The translations under genes and the position numbers were made by a program. The notes under the pieces are model-generated. The model was not told the DNA's origin. It made no database searches and saw only the letters and a program-made list of their open reading frames with translations. This document shows, piece by piece, positions 10,081 through 18,720 of a DNA stretch of 40,741 bases (position 1 is its first letter; each line of letters begins with the position of its first letter). Source of the stretch: Elusimicrobiota bacterium (lineage in GTDB: Bacteria; Ratteibacteria; UBA8468; B48-G9; JAFGKM01); assembly GCA_012515635.1 (NCBI GenBank), contig JAAYXZ010000019.1, forward strand, positions 1-40,741, written 5' to 3'.

Positions 10081-10850
10081 ATCTCAAGAAAATCTTTGCC
10101 CTTTATCTTTATTGTTCTTTCGTTCACTTTCTCCACAAATAGGTTTTGACTGTGGGCGAAAGCGTCTGCAGAGGAGATGTATTCTATGGTAAGTTCGCAG
10201 GGTCCTTCAATTTTTGCAGGGGCAATCTCCTGTACCCGCTGAATGGCTTTGTATGCGCCGTCCTGTATCTTTTCTCGCGCTTTCACAGGGGCTAATGTTA
10301 TTGCGCAGGTTCTGTTAATGCCTTGCTTCACCGCAACAGCCTCTATGTTTGGAACATACTCTTTCGCTTCCCTGCAAGCCGCTTCATCGCCTGTGACCAG
10401 AACAACGGGTATTCCGAACCAGCCGGCGAGGTATGTGTTCATACCTATCTCTCCGATTGGCTTACCGTTCAAGCGCATCTGTATTATGGCGGTGCTTGAA
10501 TAAGAGTGGTTTAAGTTTCCGTCAGGGGTGCCGTTCATGGCGTGGTGCGAAAGAAGGAAATAGGCGTCCCATTTGCCGTTATGCAACTCCCAGAATTTGC
10601 CTACAGGGCGTCCGTGCAGAAGTTTTGCGGAGGGGTGCAGAAGTTCAGCAACCATTCCTCCCGGACCATGCCCGTCACATATAACAATCTCTGTGGCGCC
10701 TGCCCTTACTGCGCCTTCTACCGCTGCATTGACTTCAGCGGTAAGCAGTTCCTTCGCTTTTTCATAATACTTGCTTGAACTGTATGTTTGGCTGTCAAAA
10801 TCCACTACACCGGCAACTCCTTCTATATCAGTCATTATGTATATCCGCAT
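10059..10850 (-). CDS. peptidase M55 (DppA-type D-aminopeptidase) family protein
   Basis: MRIYIMTDIEGVAGV N-terminus, ICDGHG, GEIGMN.YLAG and VVLVTGDEAA resemble B. subtilis DppA as I recall it. Confidence 0.8.
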   Translation of the reverse strand: MRIYIMTDIEGVAGVVDFDSQTYSSSKYYEKAKELLTAEVNAAVEGAVRAGATEIVICDGHGPGGMVAELLHPSAKLLHGRPVGKFWELHNGKWDAYFLLSHHAMNGTPDGNLNHSYSSTAIIQMRLNGKPIGEIGMNTYLAGWFGIPVVLVTGDEAACREAKEYVPNIEAVAVKQGINRTCAITLAPVKAREKIQDGAYKAIQRVQEIAPAKIEGPCELTIEYISSADAFAHSQNLFVEKVNERTIKIKGKDFLEMWERWFS

Positions 10851-10869
10851 CTCTCCTCCTGTCTTTGGT

Positions 10870-11244
10870 TTAAGGTTCTTTTTTAATGGTTATGGTCTCT
10901 TCCGATGATATGGTCTCCAGTTTTGCATAATCAGATATCATCTCTCCTACAACTTCAACCGCACTGGCGGGGATGGGCTTTTCTCCTTTGCTGATAGGCG
11001 TCGGACCGAAGAAAAGACATAAGCACCTTCCCTCATTCCAGTAAGCGACATCCCCTTTGTTTACCTCATTGACAGCATTCTCCAGTTTGCTTGTGACCGG
11101 TATTTCAAAATAAATCTCCTTGCCCCATATTCTTGTTCTTGCGGTCAATGGGAGTGTATTGTAAATTTTTTCTGCCAACGGTGTATTTTTCATAAGCAAC
11201 TTGATTATAATATCGCCTGTTTGTATGATGACCGTTTTTTCCAT
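10870..11244 (-). CDS. cyclophilin-like (TM1367-type) domain protein
   Basis: 124 aa. The pattern NTPLAEKIYNTLP...IWG.EIYF.....E.......GDVAYW..G..LCLFFGPTP matches the cyclophilin-like family of unknown function. Confidence 0.6.
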   Translation of the reverse strand: MEKTVIIQTGDIIIKLLMKNTPLAEKIYNTLPLTARTRIWGKEIYFEIPVTSKLENAVNEVNKGDVAYWNEGRCLCLFFGPTPISKGEKPIPASAVEVVGEMISDYAKLETISSEETITIKKEP

Positions 11245-11337
11245 AATTCGTTCCTGTAATATGCGTTAACAGGGAATATTTGTATGAGGGCAGAGGTTCT
11301 TATGTCTCTGCCTGCCGTGTCTTTTTTTATCGTGTAA

Positions 11338-11346
11338 ATTATATCA
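11338..11346 (-). promoter_or_regulatory. candidate extended -10 element (TGATATAAT) for the cyclophilin-like/M55/hypF operon
   Basis: The reverse complement reads TGATATAAT about 90 nt upstream of the ATG at 11244. The -35 (TTATCT) is weak. Confidence 0.3.
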
Positions 11347-11483
11347 TATCTTTGAAAGGTAGATAATAGCGGTATGTGTTTAAGGGCGAAGCAGGTCTCT
11401 GTTCGGCTATAACGGCGGGCTTGTTTCCTTTGACATTAAGCAGAGAGAGATTATTCGCTGTCGGGTGTTTTTTTGTCCATTAT

Positions 11484-11513
11484 TTGCCTTGCTCTAATAA
11501 AATCTGGTAATAT
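11484..11513 (+). promoter_or_regulatory. candidate sigma70-type promoter for dnaX (TTGCCT-18-TAATAT)
   Basis: Hexamers read directly from the sequence, 36 nt upstream of the dnaX ATG. Confidence 0.25.
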
Positions 11514-11548
11514 GTTATGATTCTGATTACTTTTGGTTAGGAGCGAAT

Positions 11549-13132
11549 ATGTATCTGGTGCTTGCAAGAAAATATAGACCTAAAAACTTTGAAGAGGTGT
11601 GGGGACAGGGGCCTATTATAGATGTGTTGAAAAAGGCAATAAAAGAAGAACGCACAGCTCATGCCTATCTGTTTTCGGGTCCGAGAGGGACAGGGAAAAC
11701 ATCTGTGGCAAGGGTATTTGCCAAAGCGCTTAATTGCGAGAAGAACTCTATCGGTAAACCGTGTGATAAATGCGAGATATGCAGGAATATTGCGGCAGGA
11801 AGTTCTATGGATGTCCTTGAGATAGATGCCGCGTCAAACAGAGGTATAGACGAGATAAGAAGTTTGCGGGAAAATGTGAACCTAACGCCTTCAAGCGCAA
11901 GGTTTAAAATCTATATCATTGATGAGGTGCATATGCTTACCGAACCTGCGTGGAATGCCCTCTTGAAAACCCTTGAAGAGCCGCCAGATTACGTAAAATT
12001 TTTCTTAGCCACGACTGCTCCGGAGAAGATACCCTCTACGATTCTGTCCAGATGCCAGAGGTTCAATTTCAAGCCCTTTGAACAGGGTGAACTTATCAAG
12101 CGGTTGAAAGAGATATGTAAAAAAGAGGGTTTTACGATAGAGGATGAAGCCCTTAAAGCGGTGTATGATTTTTCAGGGGCGTCTATGAGAGATGCTCTCA
12201 GTGTTCTTGACCAACTCTTTGTCAATGCGGAAGATAATAATGTAACGTATCACGGTGTCAAGGAGTTTCTCGGGCTTGTTGAAGAGAAGAGTGTAGGAGA
12301 GATATTGATGCTTGTCAGAGAAAAGGATGTAAAACAACTTTTGGTGCTTTTTCACTCGCTCCTTGCTGAAGGGAAAGACCCTGCGGTTATAATGGAGGGC
12401 ATCATAAAGAGGTTCAAGGGGATTATATTGGAGAGGATGAGCGTAGGCGAAACAACTCCAAGCGAAGAAGATAAAACTTTATACGGATTGTTTGAAGGCG
12501 TTGAGACAGAGGTTCTTTTAAGCGCGGTGTCGCTGGTCATAGAATATAAAAACAGGTTGCGGGTGGAGAATATTCCTGTGGTGCTTTCGGAGATACTTTT
12601 GATTAAACTGGCGCAGATTTTGGGGGGAGATACTGCCTTGCCGCAAAAGACAGCAGAGAGAAAAGAGGGGAAAGTTCAGCCCAAGAGCAAGCAGGTTGCT
12701 AAGGATGGCGATATCTTTGTATCGGAGAGGACAGTGAAAGAAAAACCTGCGGAGAGGGAAGATGTTGTGGAAGGCAAGGCGTCCCTGAAGAACGAAGAGG
12801 AGGTTTTGGCTCAGTGGAAAAACATTTTGTCGGAGGTTAAAAAAGCGAAAGCCACATTGGAAGCGGCAGTGAGGGAAGGGTCTCCTGTGAGTTTTAAAAA
12901 TAACACGCTGGTTATAAGTTTTGGCAGTAAATATGAGTTTCATAAGTCATTGGTTGAAGGCAAGCAGAGCAATATTAAAATTATAGAGGGGGCGATTACT
13001 AAAATAACAGGGGTAAAGGATGTTAATGTGAGTTTGGTGAGCGAGGGGGAACAGGAGTCGCCGATGGATAACGGTGATGTGAAAAAAATAGTGGATTTTT
13101 TTGGCGGGGAAATAATAAATGTGGAGGAATAA
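11549..13132 (+). CDS. dnaX: DNA polymerase III subunit gamma/tau
   Basis: Walker A GPRGTGKTS, a Zn module CEKNSIGKPCDKCEIC, DEVHML, and SRCQRF (sensor). Confidence 0.93.
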   Translation: MYLVLARKYRPKNFEEVWGQGPIIDVLKKAIKEERTAHAYLFSGPRGTGKTSVARVFAKALNCEKNSIGKPCDKCEICRNIAAGSSMDVLEIDAASNRGIDEIRSLRENVNLTPSSARFKIYIIDEVHMLTEPAWNALLKTLEEPPDYVKFFLATTAPEKIPSTILSRCQRFNFKPFEQGELIKRLKEICKKEGFTIEDEALKAVYDFSGASMRDALSVLDQLFVNAEDNNVTYHGVKEFLGLVEEKSVGEILMLVREKDVKQLLVLFHSLLAEGKDPAVIMEGIIKRFKGIILERMSVGETTPSEEDKTLYGLFEGVETEVLLSAVSLVIEYKNRLRVENIPVVLSEILLIKLAQILGGDTALPQKTAERKEGKVQPKSKQVAKDGDIFVSERTVKEKPAEREDVVEGKASLKNEEEVLAQWKNILSEVKKAKATLEAAVREGSPVSFKNNTLVISFGSKYEFHKSLVEGKQSNIKIIEGAITKITGVKDVNVSLVSEGEQESPMDNGDVKKIVDFFGGEIINVEE

Positions 13133-13422
13133 TGGCAAACATATTTGATAATTTAAAGCAGATTGGGCAGTTGAAACAGCAGGCGTCGCAATTTGAGCGG
13201 ATTTTGCGTTCTAAGACAGTTGAGGCGTCTTCACCAAAAGGAGAGATTAAACTTACTATTAACGGGAAGATGGAACTTCTCTCAATAGAGATTTCTCCTG
13301 ATGTTTTGAGACCTGAGAACAAAGCATATCTTGAGAAATTGTTTAAAAACACATTCAGTTCCGCTCAAAGAGAGATAGAGAAGATAATAGGTTCTGAGAT
13401 GAAGTCAACGCTGGGGTTTTAA
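13132..13422 (+). CDS. ybaB: YbaB/EbfC family nucleoid-associated protein
   Basis: 96 aa in the canonical dnaX-ybaB-recR position, with the typical pattern ..G.IK.TING.....IEI.P. Confidence 0.85.
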   Translation: MANIFDNLKQIGQLKQQASQFERILRSKTVEASSPKGEIKLTINGKMELLSIEISPDVLRPENKAYLEKLFKNTFSSAQREIEKIIGSEMKSTLGF

Positions 13423-13426
13423 TAAG

Positions 13427-14020
13427 ATGAGATATTATCCTGAAAAAGTTGAAAAACTTATAGAGAAACTTATTAAATTTCCGGGTGTAGGGCCGCGGAG
13501 CGCGGAGAGGATAGCCCAATATATTCTTGAAGAGGACGACTGCGTTGTTCTTGCTCTGGCGGAGAATCTTATCGCTATCAAAAAAGATATATGCCTGTGC
13601 AAGAAGTGTTTTAATCTCTCTGAAGGCGAGATATGCGATATATGTAAAGATGAGAGCAGGGAAAAAGTGTTATGTGTTATTGAGGAAGTAAAGGACCTTG
13701 TTTTTATAGAGAAGACAGGATTTAAAGGGGTTTACCATGTTCTCGGAGGGAATATCTCTCCCTTGGAAAAGATTTCGCCTGATAAACTAACCATACCTCA
13801 AATGACAGAACGGCTTCGCAAAGAACCCGTTGAGGAGGTTATAATTGCAACAAATCCAACGCCGGAAGGAGAAAATACGGCTTTGCTTATCTCCGAAATA
13901 TTGAAAAAAATGGGTATCAAACATTCGCGTATTGCTTATGGGTTGCCTGTTGGAGCGGAGATAGAGTATGTTGGAACACAAACCCTTAAAAAAGCGTTGG
14001 AAGACAGGAAATTGTTGTAA
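13427..14020 (+). CDS. recR: recombination protein RecR
   Basis: HhH (FPGVGPRSAERIA), a C4 zinc finger (CKKC...CDIC) and a Toprim region (VIEE..D). Confidence 0.92.
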   Translation: MRYYPEKVEKLIEKLIKFPGVGPRSAERIAQYILEEDDCVVLALAENLIAIKKDICLCKKCFNLSEGEICDICKDESREKVLCVIEEVKDLVFIEKTGFKGVYHVLGGNISPLEKISPDKLTIPQMTERLRKEPVEEVIIATNPTPEGENTALLISEILKKMGIKHSRIAYGLPVGAEIEYVGTQTLKKALEDRKLL

Positions 14021-14036
14021 TAAGAGTAACAAACAA

Positions 14037-14924
14037 ATGCGGAAAATGTATTATACTCTGCTTTATTATGCGATGTTATTGATGGGGAGATGGTTTCCAC
14101 GGCCGCTTTTATATTGGTGCGCGAGAAGAGCGGCAGAGATAAGGTATATCTTTCAGCCAAATCTTAGGAAGACAGTAAAAGAGAATATAAGGATAGTGCT
14201 TGAATACAGAAAAACAACAAGGGGGCAGTCCTATACAGAAGAAGAACTACATAGGTTAGTTAAAAATGCATTCCATAATTTTGGGGTATATTTGGCAGAT
14301 TTTTTTTATATACCCAGATGGAGTAACCGATTGATTGAAAGACAAGTGCAGATTGAAGGGATAGAACTTCTTGATGAGCATCTGGCAGGCGGTAATGGGG
14401 TGATTGCCCTTACGGGGCATATAGGCAATTGGGAGTTGTCAGGAGTTATCGCTGCTATTTTGGGATATAAGGTTACTGCGGTAGCCATACCATATCTGAA
14501 TTCCTCTGTTACGGGCATATGCAATAGAATAAGAAACTCGCAAGGGCTTGAGGTGATACTTACAGGAGAAAATCCTAAAAAACTCTTAAAGACATTTAAA
14601 GAAAACAGGGTCCTTGCGGTTTTGGGAGACAGGGTGTTTACAGAGAAAGGAATGAATATAAAATTCTTAGGTGTTGATGCTGTGCTTCCCCGTGGACCTG
14701 CAACGCTTGCAATAAGGATGAAAACACCGCTCGTTGCCGGGTTTTTTGTAAAAGAGGACCACGGTTATCGGTTCTTCTTTCAAAGGATACCGTTGCCTCC
14801 TCCGTCTCCCACAGAAGAGGAGAAGATAGATTTCCTTGTATCCAAAGGAGCGGAGGTGCTGGAACAAGTTATAATGGACTATCCTGACCAATGGCTGAAT
14901 TTTGCCCCTATTAGAAATCTTTAA
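14037..14924 (+). CDS. LpxL/HtrB-family lysophospholipid (lipid A late) acyltransferase
   Basis: N-terminal TM segment, HIGNWE motif, and GDR....G block. The ORF upstream of 14037 overlaps recR and was trimmed to the first ATG after the recR stop. Confidence 0.7.
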   Translation: MRKMYYTLLYYAMLLMGRWFPRPLLYWCARRAAEIRYIFQPNLRKTVKENIRIVLEYRKTTRGQSYTEEELHRLVKNAFHNFGVYLADFFYIPRWSNRLIERQVQIEGIELLDEHLAGGNGVIALTGHIGNWELSGVIAAILGYKVTAVAIPYLNSSVTGICNRIRNSQGLEVILTGENPKKLLKTFKENRVLAVLGDRVFTEKGMNIKFLGVDAVLPRGPATLAIRMKTPLVAGFFVKEDHGYRFFFQRIPLPPPSPTEEEKIDFLVSKGAEVLEQVIMDYPDQWLNFAPIRNL

Positions 14925-15136
14925 GTGTCTTCAGGGTAGCCCTTTTGAGCCATCTCAAGCATTTTGAATCCTTTGTTCAGCCGTTCTTCATCATCATTCG
15001 GGTCTAAAAGTAAAACCTCGTCATCTTCATAATAATGGCTATAAGAAATGTCTTTCAACCGCACACCTTTTCGCTTGAGTTCATATAACTTCTCAATAAC
15101 AGCATTGGTCGTAAAAGATATAGATATAGGGCCCAT
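14921..15136 (-). CDS. hypothetical small acidic protein (71 aa)
   Basis: The ATG at 15136 is preceded by a strong AAGGAGGTGA Shine-Dalgarno. No recognisable family. Confidence 0.55.
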   Translation of the reverse strand: MGPISISFTTNAVIEKLYELKRKGVRLKDISYSHYYEDDEVLLLDPNDDEERLNKGFKMLEMAQKGYPEDT

Positions 15137-15365
15137 GGTTATCACCTCCTTTTGAACAAATAAGAGGAAAATGCCGCTATAAAAGAATAATAGAAACAAC
15201 GGCAGTAAAAAAACTGCTGTCTTGATAATAGATGTAATGTTAGATATTCGGGGATTGAAATATAAGAATGGCTATAATTTGAATTTGGTGTTTCGGTTGT
15301 CAAAGAACACCAGAACCTGATTCAATTGTATGATACCTGTTTCAATAGGCATTGTCAAGGGTTTG

Positions 15366-16553
15366 TTATTTGTCGTTAAAGAGCCGTTTGATGGACCTTG
15401 TTGCCTGCCTTATTCTATGTTCGTTTTCAACCAGGGCTATTCTAATAAACCCCTCTCCGTATTTACCAAAACCAGCGCCGGGAGAGACGGCGACATCGGA
15501 TTGCTCCAGGAGATGCATTGCAAATTTTACCGACCCCATCTCTTTAAATTTATCGGGTATCTCAGCCCATACATACATAGTGGCTTTGGGTTTTTCCACA
15601 TTCCAGCCGATTTTGCAGAGGTTATTAACAAGGACATCCCGCCTTTTTCTGTAGATATCGGCAATCTCATCAATGTATCTCTGTTCAAGTTTCAGCGCAG
15701 TAATCGCTGCTACCTGCACAGGAGTGAAAATACCGTAGTCATAATAACTTTTAAGTTTTGCCAGTGCGTTGATGATATGTTTGTTTCCTACGGCAACGCC
15801 TACGCGCCAGCCGGCCATATTATATGTTTTGGAGAGAGAATAAAACTCTATGCCGACCTCTTTTGCTCCTTTTACCTGAAGGAAACTGGGCGCTTTATAG
15901 CCGTCAAAGCATAACTCTGAATAGGCGATATCATGTATAACAAAGATATTATGTTTTTTGGCAAACCGCACTACTTCTTCAAAAAACTCAATATTGACTA
16001 CCTGAGTTGTAGGGTTGTTAGGATAACTGAGAATCATTGCTTTTGGTTTTTTCGGACCTTTAACTAAAGAGTCCGAAAGTAACGGGATAAAACCATTTTT
16101 TTTAGTTAACGGCATATCCTTTATTTTTGCTCCGGCAATGAAGGTGCTGTAAAGATGACTGGGGTATGTAGGGTTGGGAACAAGGATTACATCGCCTCTG
16201 TCAAATGTGGCAAGAGCGAGGTGACTTATCCCTTCTTTTGAGCCGATACAGATAATAGATTCCTCTTCCGGGTCAAGTTTTACGCCAAAGCGTTTGTCAT
16301 ACCAGTGACAGATTTCGCGTCTTAAATGAGGGATTCCCTTGGATGCGCTGTATCTGTGTGTTTTACCGTCGCTGGCGACCTCTATGAGTTTATCAATAAC
16401 CGGTTTAGGCGTGGGCTTGTCAGGATTCCCCATACCTAAATCAATAATATCTTTTCCTTCTCTCCGTAATTTAAGTTTTCTGGTGTTTATGTCGTGAAAA
16501 ATATATACGGGAAGGTTGCGTATCCTTTTGGATTCAATATTTAGCAGTTCCAT
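15366..16553 (-). CDS. class I/II PLP-dependent aminotransferase (AlaA/DapL-like)
   Basis: DLGMGNPD, GSKEGISH, NPTYP, and the PLP-lysine block SLSKTYNMAGWRVG. Confidence 0.85.
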   Translation of the reverse strand: MELLNIESKRIRNLPVYIFHDINTRKLKLRREGKDIIDLGMGNPDKPTPKPVIDKLIEVASDGKTHRYSASKGIPHLRREICHWYDKRFGVKLDPEEESIICIGSKEGISHLALATFDRGDVILVPNPTYPSHLYSTFIAGAKIKDMPLTKKNGFIPLLSDSLVKGPKKPKAMILSYPNNPTTQVVNIEFFEEVVRFAKKHNIFVIHDIAYSELCFDGYKAPSFLQVKGAKEVGIEFYSLSKTYNMAGWRVGVAVGNKHIINALAKLKSYYDYGIFTPVQVAAITALKLEQRYIDEIADIYRKRRDVLVNNLCKIGWNVEKPKATMYVWAEIPDKFKEMGSVKFAMHLLEQSDVAVSPGAGFGKYGEGFIRIALVENEHRIRQATRSIKRLFNDK

Positions 16554-16713
16554 AACCTTGTATTATATACCAGTCATCTCTCTGAAGCAAATTTTATTTT
16601 GTATTAAAAGGCGGATAAAACAGAGAGAAATATGGAGAAAAACCGAGTGGGTTAAGCGGTAAAAGATTGTCATAAATCTTTCGTAAAAGGAGAAGGGAAG
16701 GTATAACCGTAAT

Positions 16714-18528
16714 ATGCATATGAAAAAGATGAGGGCTTTTTCAAAAGAGCAGTTGATAAGCGAGATGTGGCGTAATGTTCCCGATATAAAGGATTTGCTT
16801 GTCTCCTCTGATACGTTAAAGGAGGCGAGAACCGCATTGTTTGACCATATCCATTTTCTTGAAAAATCTTTGTTCAAAGCGCAGTGTAAGCCGTTTAATA
16901 ATATATATCCTGTGGAGAAGAAGAATGTAAAGGAATGTATGCGGGTATTGAAAAATATCATAAGAAAAGAGAATGAGCATCTCACAGGGTTTTCTGCGAT
17001 GGAGTGTTTATGGAATCTTGCAAAAAAACCTGATAAGGCAAAGGAAGATGTCAAAAAAGGGTTTGTGGCGGAGATGTTTTTTCTGCTGAAAGGCATATGC
17101 GGAAAGTCAGAGATGTTTATTAATTCTTATAAGGGGATAGAGACAGGAGATAGCAGGCGTATTGCGCTGGAGCGCTCCAAAATACTTGATGAGTACTCTG
17201 CCATAATAGATAACGGGATAGTCAGATATACTATAGGATTGGAAGAGAAGGTGATGCATAAAAGAGAGAAATTTAAAAGAGAGTTGTTATCATTTTTTGG
17301 TATTGATGAGAAAAAATGGAAGAACTATAAATGGCATCTTGCGCATATTATACAGGATGTAAAGATACTTGAACAGTTGATAAGATTGGAAGAGGACGAG
17401 AAGGAAGGGTTGGAGTATGCTCAAAAAAATAATATCGCTTTTCAGATAACGCCATATTATCTCTCGCTCTTTAATCCGGCAGGGAGAACAGAGGAAGACA
17501 GGGCTATTCGCGCGCAGGTGTTGCCTTCTTTGAGATATTGTAAGTCAATAGTGAGCAACAGAAAGAAGGGGCAGGATATGGATTTTATGGGGGAGAAGGC
17601 GACCAGTGTTATGGATTGTATCACCCGCAGATATCCGCAGATAGTTATTATAAAACCGTTTGACTCCTGCCCGCAGATATGTGTGTACTGCCAGAGGAAC
17701 TGGGAGATAAAAGCGTTGGATGATGCTAAGATTACCCGTAGGAAAACACAAAAAGCGCTTGAATGGATAAAAAACAATAAGCATATTAAAGAGGTCCTTG
17801 TTACGGGAGGGGACCCTCTTGTCTTGGATAACAACCATCTTCTTTGGCTTATTGGATATATATCCGAGATTCCCCATATAGAGAGGATAAGAATAGGGAC
17901 ACGGGCAATTGTTACGCTTCCTTGCAGGATAGATAGCGGATTTATAAGGATGTTGAAAAAATATCATTCTTGGGGAAAGAGAGAGGTTTGTGTTGTAACG
18001 CATATTGAACATTCTTCAGAGGTTACTCCGGATGTATTGAGAGCGGTCAGAAAAATAAAAAATGCTGGTATGAATGTCTATAATCAGCAGGTATTCACAT
18101 ACTATAATAGCCGGCGGTTTGAGACAGCGGCATTAAGGCGCGCCTTGAAAATAGCAGGTATTGACCCTTACTATAATTTTAATACCAAAGGCAAAGAGGA
18201 GACAGCGGATTTTAGGGTTCCTATGGCCAGAATTGAGCAGGAAAGGCAAGAAGAGGCGCGTCTTCTTCCGGGTATGGTGCGGATGGATGAGCCAATATTT
18301 AATGTGCCGAAGATAGGAAAATCATACCTGCGAGCGTGGCAGGACCACGAGGTAATTATGGTTCTGTCTGACGGAAGAAGAGTTTATAGGTTTTATCCTT
18401 GGGAATCACAGTTGTTGGTTAGACAACCGTATTTATATACGGATGTCTCTATCTACGATTATCTTGCGCGGCTTGATGAAGAGAAAGAAGATACGGAAGA
18501 ATATAAGTCCATCTGGTATTATTTCTGA
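16714..18528 (+). CDS. KamA-family (lysine 2,3-aminomutase-like) radical SAM protein with about 185-aa N-terminal extension
   Basis: The KamA signature W.NYKW ... ITPYYLSLFNP begins near residue 202. CxxxCxxC is CPQICVYC, followed by VTGGDPL and IRIGTR. Confidence 0.8.
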   Translation: MHMKKMRAFSKEQLISEMWRNVPDIKDLLVSSDTLKEARTALFDHIHFLEKSLFKAQCKPFNNIYPVEKKNVKECMRVLKNIIRKENEHLTGFSAMECLWNLAKKPDKAKEDVKKGFVAEMFFLLKGICGKSEMFINSYKGIETGDSRRIALERSKILDEYSAIIDNGIVRYTIGLEEKVMHKREKFKRELLSFFGIDEKKWKNYKWHLAHIIQDVKILEQLIRLEEDEKEGLEYAQKNNIAFQITPYYLSLFNPAGRTEEDRAIRAQVLPSLRYCKSIVSNRKKGQDMDFMGEKATSVMDCITRRYPQIVIIKPFDSCPQICVYCQRNWEIKALDDAKITRRKTQKALEWIKNNKHIKEVLVTGGDPLVLDNNHLLWLIGYISEIPHIERIRIGTRAIVTLPCRIDSGFIRMLKKYHSWGKREVCVVTHIEHSSEVTPDVLRAVRKIKNAGMNVYNQQVFTYYNSRRFETAALRRALKIAGIDPYYNFNTKGKEETADFRVPMARIEQERQEEARLLPGMVRMDEPIFNVPKIGKSYLRAWQDHEVIMVLSDGRRVYRFYPWESQLLVRQPYLYTDVSIYDYLARLDEEKEDTEEYKSIWYYF

Positions 18529-18602
18529 TAACTACAAGAGTCGCTATCTGCATACCATATACAGTAATATATTATGAACGGCAATAGTTTTTTTAATAGG
18601 TT

Positions 18603-18631
18603 TTGACACAGATGTTTTTATTTGGTATGAT
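18603..18631 (+). promoter_or_regulatory. sigma70-type promoter P1 (TTGACA-17-TATGAT)
   Basis: Perfect -35 hexamer, 17-nt spacer and a 5/6 match at -10, within the AT-rich 192-bp intergenic region upstream of the hydrogenase cluster. Confidence 0.55.
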
Positions 18632-18650
18632 TAATCCAATTCAAAAAAAA

Positions 18651-18679
18651 TTGACAAACATCAAAAACAGTTTTATTCT
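18651..18679 (+). promoter_or_regulatory. sigma70-type promoter P2 (TTGACA-17-TATTCT)
   Basis: A second perfect -35 with 17-nt spacing, 48 nt downstream of P1. Confidence 0.45.
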
Positions 18680-18703
18680 GTTACAAATTTTTTTAAAGGA
18701 CTT

Positions 18704-18719
18704 TGTGAACAAAATCACA
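18704..18719 (+). promoter_or_regulatory. CRP/FNR-family-type operator candidate TGTGAACAAAATCACA
   Basis: Perfect TGTGA-N6-TCACA inverted repeat that ends 1 nt before the ATG at 18721. Confidence 0.4.
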
Positions 18720-18720
18720 A

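Noticed and set aside
11381-11480. SRP (4.5S) RNA expected upstream of dnaX by synteny with Firmicutes.
   Set aside because: I could not find the conserved GGAA-tetraloop / AGCAGCC helix-8 signature, or a long terminal stem, on either strand.
12119-12125. AAAAAAG run in dnaX, as a possible gamma/tau programmed frameshift site like E. coli A AAA AAG.
   Set aside because: The run is read as aaa aaa gag in the zero frame, which is the wrong phase for an X XXY YYZ slippery heptamer. It also lies at about residue 190, inside the clamp-loader core, not after domain III where gamma truncation occurs.
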